Source: an uncultured Actinomycetes bacterium
GTDB taxonomy: Bacteria; Actinomycetota; Actinomycetes; Streptosporangiales; Streptosporangiaceae
Assembly (NCBI GenBank): GCA_963742865.1
Contig: CAVUNW010000044.1
Span: 22,436 to 86,435 of the forward strand
Reading direction: 5' to 3'
Length of the DNA: 64,000 nucleotides
Within the stretch, counting starts at the first letter, position 1, and every line of letters begins with the position of its first letter. A model generated the notes under the pieces. That model was not told where the DNA came from. It was given only the letters and a program-made list of their open reading frames with translations, and did not search any database. The position numbers were made by a program, and so were the translations under genes. Positions 20,014-29,982 of the stretch are shown here, piece by piece.

Positions 20014-21798
20014 GTGGGAAGCAGGGATGAAAGCTCACGAGCCTCACGGCATGACGATGAGGTCAAGGGCCTTACCGCGCAGATCTCCTTCCTTGACGAG
20101 GAGATCGCCGCATTGCGTCGCAGGCTCGCGGATTCGCCACGCCAGGCGCGGCTTCTCGAGGAGAGGCTGCGTGAGACCGAGGCCAGCCTGGCCGCCGTCA
20201 CCGCGCAGAACGAGCGGCTAACCGGCACGCTGCGCGAGGCCCGGGACCAGATCGTCGCGCTCAAGGAGGAAGTCGACCGGCTGGCCCAGCCGCCATCGGG
20301 CTTCGGCACCTTCCTGTCGGCCAGCGACGACAGCACCGCCGACGTGTTCACGGGCGGCCGGAAGATGCGGGTCCACGTGAGCCCCGCCGTCGAGCTCGAT
20401 GAGCTCAAGCCCGGCCAGGAGGTCGTGCTCAACGAGGCGCTCAACGTCGTGGTCGCCGAGGGCTTCGAGACCGCCGGCGAGATCGTCATGCTGAAGGAGC
20501 TGCTGGAGGACGGCGAGCGCGCCCTGGTCATCTCGCACGCCGACGAGGAGCGTGTGGTCCGGCTCGCGGATCCGCTGCGGGCATCGATGCTGCGCAGCGG
20601 CGACTCGCTGCTGCTGGAGCCGCGGTCGGGCTACGTCTTCGAGCGGATCCCCAAGGCCGAGGTCGAGGAGCTCATCCTGGAGGAAGTCCCCGACATCGTC
20701 TACTCCGACATCGGCGGCCTGTCCTCGCAGATCGAGCAGATCCGGGACGCGATCGAGCTGCCGTACCTGCACGCGGACCTGTTCCGCGAGCACCAGCTGC
20801 GGCCGCCGAAGGGCGTGCTGCTCTACGGCCCGCCTGGCTGCGGGAAGACGCTCATCGCCAAGGCGGTGGCGAACTCCCTGGCCAAGCAGGTCGCGCAGAA
20901 GACCGCGGCGGACGGCACCGCCGGTCCCGGCTCAGCCGGGCGGAGCTTCTTCCTGAACATCAAGGGCCCGGAGCTGCTGAACAAGTACGTCGGCGAGACC
21001 GAGCGGCACATCCGGCTCGTCTTCCAGCGGGCCCGGGAAAAGGCCAGCGAGGGCATGCCGGTCATCGTGTTCTTCGACGAGATGGACTCGATCTTCCGCA
21101 CCCGCGGATCCGGCGTATCCAGCGACGTGGAGAACACGATCGTCCCGCAGCTGCTGTCCGAGATCGACGGCGTTGAGGGCCTGCAGAACGTGATCGTGAT
21201 CGGCGCGTCCAACCGCGAGGACATGATCGACCCGGCGATCCTGCGGCCCGGCCGGCTGGACGTCAAGATCAAGATCGAGCGCCCCGACGCCGAGGCGGCC
21301 AGGGACATCTTCTCCAAGTACATCCTGTCGCAGCTCCCCCTGCACCCGGACGACCTGGCCGAGCACGGTTCCTCCCGCGACAGCACCGTCGAGGCGATGA
21401 TCCAGCGGGTCGTCGAGCGGATGTACACCGAGTCGGAGGAGAACAGGTTCCTCGAGGTCACCTACGCCAACGGCGACAAGGAGGTCCTGTACTTCAAGGA
21501 CTTCAACTCCGGCGCCATGATCCAGAACATCGTGGACCGGGCCAAGAAGATGGCCATCAAGGAGTTCCTCGAAACCGGGCAGAAGGGCCTGCGGGTGGCG
21601 CACCTCCTGTCGGCCTGCGTCGACGAGTTCAGCGAGAACGAGGACCTGCCCAACACCACCAACCCGGACGACTGGGCCCGGATCTCCGGCAAGAAGGGCG
21701 AGCGCATCGTCTACATCCGCACCCTCGTGTCGGGCAAGACCGGCACCGAGGCGGGCCGGTCGATCGACACCGTGGCCAACACCGGCCAGTACCTGTGA
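20014..21798 (+). CDS. arc: proteasome-associated AAA ATPase ARC/Mpa
   Basis: N-terminal coiled coil, Walker A GPPGCGKT, Walker B IVFFDEMD, and C-terminal ..NTGQYL. GTG 20014 lies 8 nt after GGAGG (the track ORF starts at 20005). Confidence 0.9.
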   Translation: MGSRDESSRASRHDDEVKGLTAQISFLDEEIAALRRRLADSPRQARLLEERLRETEASLAAVTAQNERLTGTLREARDQIVALKEEVDRLAQPPSGFGTFLSASDDSTADVFTGGRKMRVHVSPAVELDELKPGQEVVLNEALNVVVAEGFETAGEIVMLKELLEDGERALVISHADEERVVRLADPLRASMLRSGDSLLLEPRSGYVFERIPKAEVEELILEEVPDIVYSDIGGLSSQIEQIRDAIELPYLHADLFREHQLRPPKGVLLYGPPGCGKTLIAKAVANSLAKQVAQKTAADGTAGPGSAGRSFFLNIKGPELLNKYVGETERHIRLVFQRAREKASEGMPVIVFFDEMDSIFRTRGSGVSSDVENTIVPQLLSEIDGVEGLQNVIVIGASNREDMIDPAILRPGRLDVKIKIERPDAEAARDIFSKYILSQLPLHPDDLAEHGSSRDSTVEAMIQRVVERMYTESEENRFLEVTYANGDKEVLYFKDFNSGAMIQNIVDRAKKMAIKEFLETGQKGLRVAHLLSACVDEFSENEDLPNTTNPDDWARISGKKGERIVYIRTLVSGKTGTEAGRSIDTVANTGQYL

Positions 21799-21902
21799 CA
21801 TGGGCGAGTGGCACGCGCCGTGACTGCGGCGCGCGCCCCGCGATGTGCGTGTCGGCGGTGTGGCCGCAGTGTATCTGTGGCGTGGCCGCGGGCGGGGCGG
21901 CA

Positions 21903-21908
21903 TAGGCT
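21903..21908 (+). promoter_or_regulatory. -10-like TAGGCT 6 nt upstream of ATG 21915 (possible leaderless dop)
   Basis: TANNNT hexamer, 6-nt spacing, no Shine-Dalgarno sequence. Confidence 0.25.
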
Positions 21909-21914
21909 GCTGAC

Positions 21915-23435
21915 ATGAGCGTGCTGCGGGTGATGGGCACTGAGACCGAATACGGGATCTCGGTGCCCGGCCAGTCAGGGGCCAACGCCATGGTGACCTC
22001 GTCCCAGATCGTGAACGCCTACCAGGCGGCCACGGCGGCGCGGGCGCGCCGGGCCCGGTGGGACTTCGAAGAGGAAAATCCGCTCCGTGACGCCCGCGGC
22101 TTCGATCTGGCCCGGGAGAGCGCGGATTCGACCCAGCTGACCGACGAGGACCTGGGCCTGGCCAACGTCATCCTCACCAACGGCGCGCGGCTGTACGTCG
22201 ACCACGCGCACCCGGAGTACTCCACCCCCGAGTGCACCAACCCGCTGTCCTCGGTGATCTGGGATAAGGCCGGTGAGCGGATCATGGCCGAGGCCGCCGA
22301 GCGCGCCGCGACCATCCCCGGGGCCGCGCCGATCCAGCTGTACAAGAACAACACCGACAACAAGGGCGCCTCGTACGGCACCCACGAGAACTACCTGATG
22401 CGGCGGGCGACGCCGTTCGCCGACATCGTCCGGCATCTGACGCCCTTCTTCGTCTCCCGCCAGGTGATCTGCGGCGCCGGCCGGGTGGGCATCGGCGCGG
22501 ACGGCCGCGGCACCGGCTTCCAGCTCAGCCAGCGGGCCGATTTCTTCGAGGTCGAGGTCGGCCTGGAGACGACGCTGAAGCGGCCGATCATCAACACCCG
22601 GGACGAGCCGCACGCGGACCCGGAGAAGTACCGGCGGCTGCACGTCATCATCGGCGACGCCAACATGAGCGAGGTCGCCACCTACCTCAAGCTGGGGACC
22701 ACCGCCCTGGTCCTGTCGATGATCGAGGACAAGTTCCTCGACGCCGACCTGTCGCTGGAGGCGGCGGTCGCCGACCTGCGGGCCATCTCGCACGACCCGT
22801 CGCTGCGCCGCCTGGTGACGCTGCGGAACGGCAAGAAGATGACCGCTATCCAGCTCCAGCGCGAGTACCTGGAACTGGCGCGCAAGTACACCGAGGACAA
22901 GTTCGGCTCGGACGTCGACACGATGACCGCCGACGTGCTCGACCGGTGGGAGTCGGTCCTGAACCGGCTGTCCGAGGACCCGATGCAGCTGTCCCGCGAG
23001 CTGGACTGGGTGGCGAAGCTGGAACTGCTCGAGGGCTTCCGGACCCGGGACGGGCTGGCCTGGGACCATCCGCGCCTGCAGCTCATCGACCTGCAGTACT
23101 CCGACGTCCGGCAGTCCCGCGGGCTGTACAACCGGCTGGCCGCCAAGGGCCGGATGGTGCAGCTCGCCAGCGAGGAGCAGATCCGCCGCGCGATCGAGGA
23201 GCCCCCCGAGGACACCCGGGCCTACTTCCGCGGCCGCTGCCTGCGCCAGTACCCGGAATCGGTCGCGGCCGCGTCCTGGGACTCGGTGATCTTCGACATC
23301 CCCGGCCGGGAGTCGCTGCAGCGGGTGCCGACGCTCGAGCCGCTGCGCGGGACCAAGGCGCACGTCGGGGATCTGCTCCGGCGCTCCCGGACCGCGGCGG
23401 ACCTGGTTTCGGCGCTGACCGGGCAGCCGGAATGA
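21915..23435 (+). CDS. dop: depupylase/deamidase Dop
   Basis: [30 protein letters not shown], and [18 protein letters not shown], all typical of the Dop/PafA family. It sits directly upstream of pup. Confidence 0.9.
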   Translation: MSVLRVMGTETEYGISVPGQSGANAMVTSSQIVNAYQAATAARARRARWDFEEENPLRDARGFDLARESADSTQLTDEDLGLANVILTNGARLYVDHAHPEYSTPECTNPLSSVIWDKAGERIMAEAAERAATIPGAAPIQLYKNNTDNKGASYGTHENYLMRRATPFADIVRHLTPFFVSRQVICGAGRVGIGADGRGTGFQLSQRADFFEVEVGLETTLKRPIINTRDEPHADPEKYRRLHVIIGDANMSEVATYLKLGTTALVLSMIEDKFLDADLSLEAAVADLRAISHDPSLRRLVTLRNGKKMTAIQLQREYLELARKYTEDKFGSDVDTMTADVLDRWESVLNRLSEDPMQLSRELDWVAKLELLEGFRTRDGLAWDHPRLQLIDLQYSDVRQSRGLYNRLAAKGRMVQLASEEQIRRAIEEPPEDTRAYFRGRCLRQYPESVAAASWDSVIFDIPGRESLQRVPTLEPLRGTKAHVGDLLRRSRTAADLVSALTGQPE

Positions 23436-23436
23436 G

Positions 23437-23465
23437 CCCGATTCGCGGCCGGACCGCGAATCGGG
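23437..23465 (+). terminator. perfect 12-bp stem / 5-nt loop hairpin 2 nt after the dop stop (terminator, attenuator or processing site)
   Basis: CCCGATTCGCGG-ccgga-CCGCGAATCGGG. No U-tract. Confidence 0.35.
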
Positions 23466-23537
23466 GGTTGAACACGATGTCGGCGGGCGAAGATAGCGTT
23501 GGGGCAGGGAACGCCCCCGATTGACGGAGGTACCGGG

Positions 23538-23747
23538 ATGGCAACAAAGGACACGGGCGGCCAGCGCCAGACCTCACGGCGCACCGAGGAGGCCGAGGAG
23601 ACCGAGGCCCGGTCGACCGAAGAGGTCCAGGAACGGCACGAGAAGCTCTCGGACGACGTGGACGCGATCCTGGACGAGATCGACGAGGTGCTCGAGGAGA
23701 ACGCGGAGGAGTTCGTCCGCTCGTACGTCCAGAAGGGCGGCCAGTAA
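23538..23747 (+). CDS. pup: prokaryotic ubiquitin-like protein Pup
   Basis: 69 aa, acidic, with LDEIDEVLEENAEEFVRSYVQKGGQ* (C-terminal GGQ). ATG is preceded by GACGGAGG. Confidence 0.9.
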   Translation: MATKDTGGQRQTSRRTEEAEETEARSTEEVQERHEKLSDDVDAILDEIDEVLEENAEEFVRSYVQKGGQ

Positions 23748-23762
23748 GACCGCTCGCCGCCA

Positions 23763-23801
23763 CGGCCCGTACTGCGCTCACCGAAGCCGCAGTGCGGGCC
23801 G
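23763..23801 (+). terminator. 14-bp stem hairpin 16 nt after the pup stop
   Basis: CGGCCCGTACTGCG-N11-CGCAGTGCGGGCCG (one G-U pair). Confidence 0.35.
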
Positions 23802-23922
23802 CTGACTGGTTCGCCCAGGGCTGACACCTCGCTTGGCGATGGCGCGCGGCCCTTGTGCGCAGCGCCCGCAGGTCGCAGTAGGGTCTGTTGTTAAGACGGC
23901 TTTCAGATACGGAAGGAACCGC

Positions 23923-24807
23923 GTGGGCTCTGACTTCGACGGGGGCAGGCGTTTTCCCGGAGCGTTTATGGCTCCCCGGATTTCCTCGTTCGCTGACTTC
24001 CTCGCCTCCTACGCGCCCGACCTGCTGCCCGGAAGTTCGGCAGGCCGGGCTCCGGTGTCCGGCGAGCAGCCGCGGCCCTGGACGGCGCCCGGGCTGCCTG
24101 ACCTGCCGCACGCGACGACGATCGTCACGGCCATCTGTGACAGCGGCGTGGTCATCGCCGGAGACCGCCGCTCAACGGCAGGCAACATGATTGCCAAACG
24201 GGACGTGGAGAAGGTCTTCCGCACCGACGAGTTCTCCGCCATGGGGATCGCGGGCACGGCCAGCGTGGGCCTGGAGTTCGTCCGGCTCTTCCAGGTGGAG
24301 CTCGAGCATTACGAGAAGATGGAGGGCCGCTCGCTGTCCCTGGAGGGCAAGGCCAACCGCCTCGCCACCATGATCAGGGGCAACATCGCGGCCGCCATGC
24401 AGGGCCTGGCCGTCGTCCCGCTGTTCGCCGGATACGACGAGGACACCGGGATCGGCCGGATCTTCAGCTACGACGTGGCCGGCGGCCCGTACGAGGAGCA
24501 CCGGTACCACTCGATCGGCTCCGGGTCGGTGTTCGCCCGCGGCTCGCTGAAGAAGCTCTACCGGGACGGCATGCCGGCGTCCGACGCGGTGCGGGCGTGC
24601 GTGGAGGCGCTGTACGACGCGGCCGACGACGACTCCGCGACCGGTGGCCCCGATCTGACCCGCTCGATCTACCCGGTGATCGCGGTCGTGACCGAGGATG
24701 GCTACAGCCGGCTGTCCGAAGCCGAGGCCGAGGAGCACGCGCGGGCTGTGGTGAACGAGCGCATGCAGTCGCCGGACGGCCCGAAGGCCCCGCTCAGCTC
24801 GGGCTGA
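23923..24807 (+). CDS. prcB: proteasome subunit beta PrcB
   Basis: Propeptide, then HA/TTIVTA (active-site Thr), GDRRSTAG and GSGS. GTG 23923 is preceded by GGAAGGA; the track ORF begins at 23833. Confidence 0.9.
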   Translation: MGSDFDGGRRFPGAFMAPRISSFADFLASYAPDLLPGSSAGRAPVSGEQPRPWTAPGLPDLPHATTIVTAICDSGVVIAGDRRSTAGNMIAKRDVEKVFRTDEFSAMGIAGTASVGLEFVRLFQVELEHYEKMEGRSLSLEGKANRLATMIRGNIAAAMQGLAVVPLFAGYDEDTGIGRIFSYDVAGGPYEEHRYHSIGSGSVFARGSLKKLYRDGMPASDAVRACVEALYDAADDDSATGGPDLTRSIYPVIAVVTEDGYSRLSEAEAEEHARAVVNERMQSPDGPKAPLSSG

Positions 24808-24868
24808 GCCCGGCACCCCTCCCGCACCCCCGTCCCAGCCGAACTCGCGAGTAAAGGAAACGCCTGCG

Positions 24869-25690
24869 GTGTCCATGCCGTTCTACGTGTCGCCTGAACA
24901 GGTGATGAAAGACAAGGCGGACTATGCGCGCAAGGGAATCGCGCGCGGCCGCAGCGGGGTCGTCATCCAGTACGCGGGCGGGATCCTGTTCGTGGCGCCG
25001 AACCCGTCCCGGGCGCTGCACAAGATCAGCGAGATCTACGACCGGATCGCCTTCGCCGCCGTCGGCCGGTACAACGAGTACGAGAACCTCCGCAAGGCGG
25101 GCGTGACCTACGCCGACGTCACGGGCTACCAGTTCGACCGGCGCGACGTGACCGCGCGCGGCATCGCCAACTGGTACGCCCAGCAGCTCGGCCAGATCTT
25201 CACCGAGAGCTCCAAGCCCTTCGAGGTCGAGATCATCGTGGCCGAGGCGGCCGACAGCGCCGCCGACGACCAGATCTACCGCATCACGTTCGACGGCTCG
25301 GTCGGCGACGAGCACGGGTTCGCCGCGATCGGCGGTCAGGCCGACCAGGTGGCCACGGTGCTGAAGGAGCGCTACTCCGACGGCATGTCGCTGACCGAGG
25401 CGCTCAGCGCCGCGCTGGCCGCGCTGGCCGCGCCGGGCAACGGCGAGCGGCCCGACATCGGCACCAGCCAGCTCGAGGTGGCCGTGCTCGACCGGGCCCG
25501 GCCGCACCGCACCTTCCGCCGGCTGCAGGGCGCCCGGCTGGAGCAGCTGCTGGCCGAGAGCCGCCCCGCCGAGCCCGCCGAGGCCGAATCCACCGAATCC
25601 CCGGAGGCCGGCGCACCGGCCACCGGCCCGGCGTCGCCGCCCGACGCCATCGGCCCGTCCGCGCCATCGGACGGTAACCCGCCTAGCTAG
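24869..25690 (+). CDS. prcA: proteasome subunit alpha PrcA
   Basis: SMPFYVSPEQVMKDKADYARKGIARGRS is a typical PrcA N-terminus. Low-complexity acidic/Pro tail. Confidence 0.9.
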   Translation: MSMPFYVSPEQVMKDKADYARKGIARGRSGVVIQYAGGILFVAPNPSRALHKISEIYDRIAFAAVGRYNEYENLRKAGVTYADVTGYQFDRRDVTARGIANWYAQQLGQIFTESSKPFEVEIIVAEAADSAADDQIYRITFDGSVGDEHGFAAIGGQADQVATVLKERYSDGMSLTEALSAALAALAAPGNGERPDIGTSQLEVAVLDRARPHRTFRRLQGARLEQLLAESRPAEPAEAESTESPEAGAPATGPASPPDAIGPSAPSDGNPPS

Positions 25691-27147
25691 AGCGGGATGT
25701 TACGGTGGCTGCCTCTGGCCTGGGGGGCTTCCGCGATGGCGTGGGCGATCGCCTGGCGGGTCTGTGCGGGGTCGATGATCTCGTCGATGACCCCGAGGTC
25801 CAGGGCCCGCTGCAGGCCGCCGACGGTGCGCTCGTGCTCGGCCGCCAGCGCCGTCTCGGTCTCGTGCAGCTTCTCCGGTTCGGTGGCGGCCAGCGTGCGG
25901 CGGTGCAGGATCCGGATCGCGGCCACCGCGCCCATCACGGCCACCTCCGCGCCCGGCCACGCCAGCACCCGGGTCGCGCCCAGCGAGCGCGAGTTCATCG
26001 CGATGTAGGCCCCGCCGAACGCCTTGCGCGTCACGAGCGTTACCCGCGGCACCACGCACTCGGCGAACGCGTGGAGCAGCTTCGCGCCGCGGCGGACCAC
26101 CCCGTCCCATTCCTGGCCGACGCCCGGCAGGTAACCGGGCGTATCGACCAGCACCACGAGCGGAATGCCGAACGCGTCGCACATCCGCACGAACCGCGCC
26201 GCCTTCTCCGCCGAGGTGGCGTCCAGGCAGCCGCCCAGCCGCAGCGGGTTGTTCGCGATCACGCCGACCGTGCCGCCGCCGAGCCGGCCGAGCGTGGTCA
26301 CCACGCTCGGTGCCCACTTGGGGAATAGCTCGATTCCCGGCGCGTCCAGCAAGCGGTCGATGACCAGGTGCATGTCGTAGGCCCGGCGCGGCGAGTCGGG
26401 CAGCACCCCGCCGAAGTCCGCACCCGGGACCTCATCCGCGACCTTGCCGTGGTCCCCGAGCAGCGAGGCGAGCCGGCGGGCCTGGGCGATGGCCTCGGCG
26501 TCCGTCTCGGTCACGATGCTCCCCACGCCCGACCGGCGCGAATGCGGCTCGTGCCCGCCCAGCCGGGCCATGTCCACGTCCTCGCCGGTGACGCTGCGCA
26601 CGACGTCCGGGCCGGTGACGAAGATCCGGCCCTGCCCGGACAGGATTATGATGTCGGTGAGCGCCGGCCCGTAGGCGGCCCCGCCCGCCGCGGGACCGAG
26701 GACCACCGAGATCTGCGGCACCAGGCCCGAGGCGTGGGTCATGGCCGCGAAGATGGTACCCACCGCGTGCAGGCTGCCCACGCCCTCGGCCAGCCGGGCC
26801 CCGCCCGAATGCCACAGGCCGATGATCGGCACGCCGCGGCGGACGGCTTCGGTGTACGCGGTCACGATGGCCGCGCACCCCTCCTCGCCCGAGGCCCCGC
26901 CCTGGACCCGCGGATCGGAGGCGAACGCGACCGCCCCGGTCCCGTCGATCAGCCCGGTCCCGGCGATGGCGCCGGTCCCGGTGTCGGGCGCGATCAGCTC
27001 CAGGGTCCCGTCGTCGAACAGGGCCTCCAGCCGTACCACCGGGTCGCGGGGCAGTGTGGATCCGGGCAGTGTGGATCCGGGCAGTGTGGAGCCTGCAGCC
27101 GGGGCGGCGGGCGGGGGCGCGGCGCGTTCGTTGTCCGTGGCGGTCAC
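25687..27147 (-). CDS. acyl-CoA carboxylase carboxyltransferase (beta) subunit, AccD6-like
   Basis: GGARLAEGV, ISVVLGPAAGGAAYGPALTD, and PLVVLVDTPGYLPG. GTG 27147 is preceded by AAGGAGAA. The 918-aa track ORF is a read-through fusion with the frameshifted fabF. The N-terminal region carries the repeat GSTLP x3. Confidence 0.8.
   Translation of the reverse strand: MTATDNERAAPPPAAPAAGSTLPGSTLPGSTLPRDPVVRLEALFDDGTLELIAPDTGTGAIAGTGLIDGTGAVAFASDPRVQGGASGEEGCAAIVTAYTEAVRRGVPIIGLWHSGGARLAEGVGSLHAVGTIFAAMTHASGLVPQISVVLGPAAGGAAYGPALTDIIILSGQGRIFVTGPDVVRSVTGEDVDMARLGGHEPHSRRSGVGSIVTETDAEAIAQARRLASLLGDHGKVADEVPGADFGGVLPDSPRRAYDMHLVIDRLLDAPGIELFPKWAPSVVTTLGRLGGGTVGVIANNPLRLGGCLDATSAEKAARFVRMCDAFGIPLVVLVDTPGYLPGVGQEWDGVVRRGAKLLHAFAECVVPRVTLVTRKAFGGAYIAMNSRSLGATRVLAWPGAEVAVMGAVAAIRILHRRTLAATEPEKLHETETALAAEHERTVGGLQRALDLGVIDEIIDPAQTRQAIAHAIAEAPQARGSHRNIPL
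27050..27094. repeat. in-frame 15-bp x 3 tandem repeat (GSTLP x3) inside the carboxyltransferase N-terminus
   Basis: ggcagtgtggatccg x2 plus ggcagtgtggagcct. Confidence 0.7.
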
Positions 27148-27197
27148 CTGAGTTCTCCTTGCACGCGTGAAGACACGGTTGGGGGCGGCCGTCCTGG

Positions 27198-28443
27198 TCA
27201 GGGAGCGGTGAAGACGAGCGAGACGTTGTGCCCGCCGAACCCGAAGGCGTTGTTCAGCACGGCCATCGGCTCGCGGCCACCGGCCTGCAGTGGCCGCGGC
27301 TCGGTCGCGATGTCGACCTTGACGCCGTCGTCGGGGTCTTCGAGGTTGATGGTGGGCGGCGCGGTCTTGTGGTTTAGCGCCAGGATCGCCGCCACCGACT
27401 CGACGGCGCCCGCGCCGCCGAGCAGGTGCCCGGTCATCGACTTGGTGGAGGACACCACCACCCGGTCCGCGGCCAGCCAGGGCCGTCCGGATGGCCTGCG
27501 CCTCGGCCACGTCACCCTCCGGTGTCGAGGTGGCGTGCGCGTTGACGTGCACGATCTGGTCCGGGGAGACCTTGGCGTCGGCCAGCGCCCGCTGCATGGC
27601 CAGGATGACGCCGACGCCTTCCGGATGCGGGTGGGCGATGTGGTAGCCGTCCGAGGAGTATCCGGCCCCGGCCGCGACCGCGTAAACCCGTGCGCCGCGC
27701 GCGGCGGCGTGCGCCGCGGACTCCAGCACGACCATGCCGGCCCCCTCGCCCAGCACGAACCCGTCCCGGCCCTTGTCGAACGGGCGCGACGCGCGCTCCG
27801 GCTCGTCGTTGCGCGCCGACAGGGCCCGCATCACCGCGAACGCCGCGATGTTCAGGGCCATGATCGCCGCCTCGGTGCCGCCCGCGACCACGACGTCGGC
27901 CCGGCCGGACCTGATCATGTCGATGCCGTAACCGACCGCCTCGGCGCCGGAGGCGCACGCGCTGACGGCCGAATGTGCCCCCGCCTGAGCGCCCAGTTCG
28001 ATGCTGATCCATCCCGCGGAACCGTTCGGCATCAGCATCGGCACCGTGAACGGGGACATCCGCTGCCAGCCCTTTTCCTTGAGCGTGTCGTAGCCGGCCA
28101 GGATGGACCCGATCCCGCCGATGCCGCTGGTCACGGAGACGCCGAGCCGTTCCGGGTCTACCTCGGGCTGGCCGGCATCGGCCCAGGCCTCCCGCGCGGC
28201 CACCAGGGCGAACTGCTCGCAGCGGTCCATCCGGCGGGCCTGCACGCGTCCCACGATCTCAACCGGGTCGGCCGCGGCGATGCCCGCGATCCGGACCGGG
28301 AGATCCTGGGCCCAGTCGTCGGTCAGTGCGGTCACGCCGCTGCGGCCGGCGAGCATCGCTGACCAGGTTGATGCGACGTCGCCGCCGAGAGGCGTGGTCG
28401 CGCCCAGTCCCGTGACGACGACGCTGTTGTCGTCTGCGCTCAC
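27198..28443 (-). pseudogene. fabF: beta-ketoacyl-ACP synthase II (FabF/KasA-like), one frame break near 27480
   Basis: The N-terminus VVVTGLGATTPLG and active-site region SACASG are in the 25687-28443 frame. The C-terminus [29 protein letters not shown] is in ORF 27198-27515. Confidence 0.85.
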
Positions 28444-28488
28444 TGTGATTGGCTCCTCATTCTCATCCCACGGGGCCCGCGGCCCGGG

Positions 28489-28569
28489 TATCTGTGCGCC
28501 CTTATCTGTGCGCCCTGTGACGGCCGTGCGCCCTGTGACGGCCGTGTGCCCTGTGACGGCTGTCCGCCG
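28489..28569. repeat. intergenic tandem repeats between acpP and fabF (13-14 bp x2, then 18 bp x3)
   Basis: tatctgtgcgccc / ttatctgtgcgccc / tgtgacggccgtgcgccc / tgtgacggccgtgtgccc / tgtgacggctgtccgccg. Confidence 0.7.
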
Positions 28570-28622
28570 GGCCGGGAAGGCTGCCCGCCAGCGCCAGTGC
28601 CGGCGAGCAGGGCCCCGGGTGG

Positions 28623-28871
28623 CTAGCTCGCGTTCTTGTGCACGTAGGTGATGACGTCCTGGACGGTCTTGAGGTCCTTCAGCTGGTCGTCGGGGATCTC
28701 GACGCCGAATTTGTCCTGCGCGGCCACTGCGATCTCGACCATGGACAGCGAGTCGATGTCGAGGTCGTCCACGAAGTTCTTGTCCGGCGTCACCTCGTCG
28801 GCCGGGACGCCAGCGATCTCGTCGATGATCTCCGCCAGACCCGCGAGGATCTCCTGCTCGGTTAGTGCCAT
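28623..28871 (-). CDS. acpP: acyl carrier protein
   Basis: 82 aa with the LDIDSLSMVE phosphopantetheine-attachment motif. Confidence 0.9.
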   Translation of the reverse strand: MALTEQEILAGLAEIIDEIAGVPADEVTPDKNFVDDLDIDSLSMVEIAVAAQDKFGVEIPDDQLKDLKTVQDVITYVHKNAS

Positions 28872-28965
28872 CTGTGTCGTAACTCCTTGTCTTACGGTGT
28901 CGTCTACTGAGGGTCTTGGTTATGTTGCCTGGTCACCGGGTCAAGCGGTCCGGGGCCGAGCCCGG

Positions 28966-29935
28966 CTAGGGTACCGTGACCACCTGCGCGGCGTAGCACA
29001 TGCCGGCGCCGAAGCCCAGCAGCAGCACGGGCATGCCGGAGTGCAGCTCACCGCGTTCCGTCATCCGCGCCAGGGCCAGCGGGATCGACGCGGAGGAGGT
29101 GTTCCCCGCGTTCACGATGTCGTCGGCGAGCCGTTCCCGCGGTACCCCGACCTTGCGGGCGATCGACTCGATGATCCGCAGGTTGGCCTGGTGCGGGACG
29201 AACGCGGCCAGGTCCTCCGGCAGCACATCCGCCCGCTGGCAGGCTTCCAGCGCCATCGGGTGCAGCTCGGTGGTGGCCCACCGGAAGACCGACTGTCCCT
29301 CCTGAAACAGGAACGACGTGCGGTCCTTGATGTAGATCTTGTCCGCCAGGCAGCCGTTGCTGCCCCACACCACCGGGCCGATCCCCGCCTGCTCGGCCGG
29401 AATCCGTGACCGGGCCGACCACGGCCGCGCCGGCGCCGTCGGCGAAGATGATCCGGGTCGACCGGTCCGCCTCGTCGATCCAGGCCGTCATCTTCTCCGA
29501 GCCGATCACCAGGACGTGCCGGGCGCTCCCGGCCCGGACCGCATCGCTGGCGTTGGCCAGCGCGTAGCAGAAACCGGCGCAGGCGGCGTTGAGGTCGTAC
29601 GCGCCCGGCGCGATGATGCCGAGCCGGGACGCGACGGTGGCGGACACGTTGGGGATCAGCGACTCCGTGCTGCAGGTCGCCACGATGACCAGGTCGATGT
29701 CGGACACGCTGACGCCGCTGCCGGCGATCGCCTTGCCCGCGGCGGCCACCGCCATGTCGGCGACGGTCTCCTCCGGGCAGGCGATTCTCCGGCTGGCGAT
29801 GCCGACGCGGCTGCGAATCCACTCGTCGCTGGTGTCCAGGACGGCCGCGAGGTCATCGTTGGTCACCACATTGCCGGGCTGATAACCGCCGAACGCGAGG
29901 ATCCGGGCACCAGCGACCGGCTGGGGGAGTCGCAT
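28966..29935 (-). pseudogene. fabH: beta-ketoacyl-ACP synthase III (FabH), one frame break near 29390
   Basis: The N-terminal part with the active-site region NAACAGFCYAL is in ORF 29048-29935. The C-terminal part with HQANLRII and NTSSASIPLAL..GFGAG is in ORF 28966-29373. Confidence 0.85.
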
Positions 29936-29962
29936 CGCGCCGCCTTTCTGTGTCGTTTTTTA

Positions 29963-29975
29963 CTTAACGGACGTG
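29963..29975. repeat. second copy of the 13-mer CTTAACGGACGTG, preceded by a T-rich tract
   Basis: tcgttttttaCTTAACGGACGTGggc, in the 47-nt gap between the BCCP-like ORF and fabH, 28 nt upstream of the fabH ATG (opposite strand). Confidence 0.6.
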
Positions 29976-29982
29976 GGCGGGG

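Noticed and set aside
25691-25700. Absence of pafA downstream of prcA taken as evidence for an incomplete pupylation system
   Set aside because: pafA can lie elsewhere in actinobacterial genomes. Its absence from a 64-kb window says nothing about the genome.
25687-28443. 918-aa ORF that looks like a FabF-carboxyltransferase fusion protein
   Set aside because: The middle section is nonsense sequence produced by a frame break in fabF. The true FabF C-terminus is in ORF 27198-27515, and the carboxyltransferase has its own RBS and GTG at 27147.
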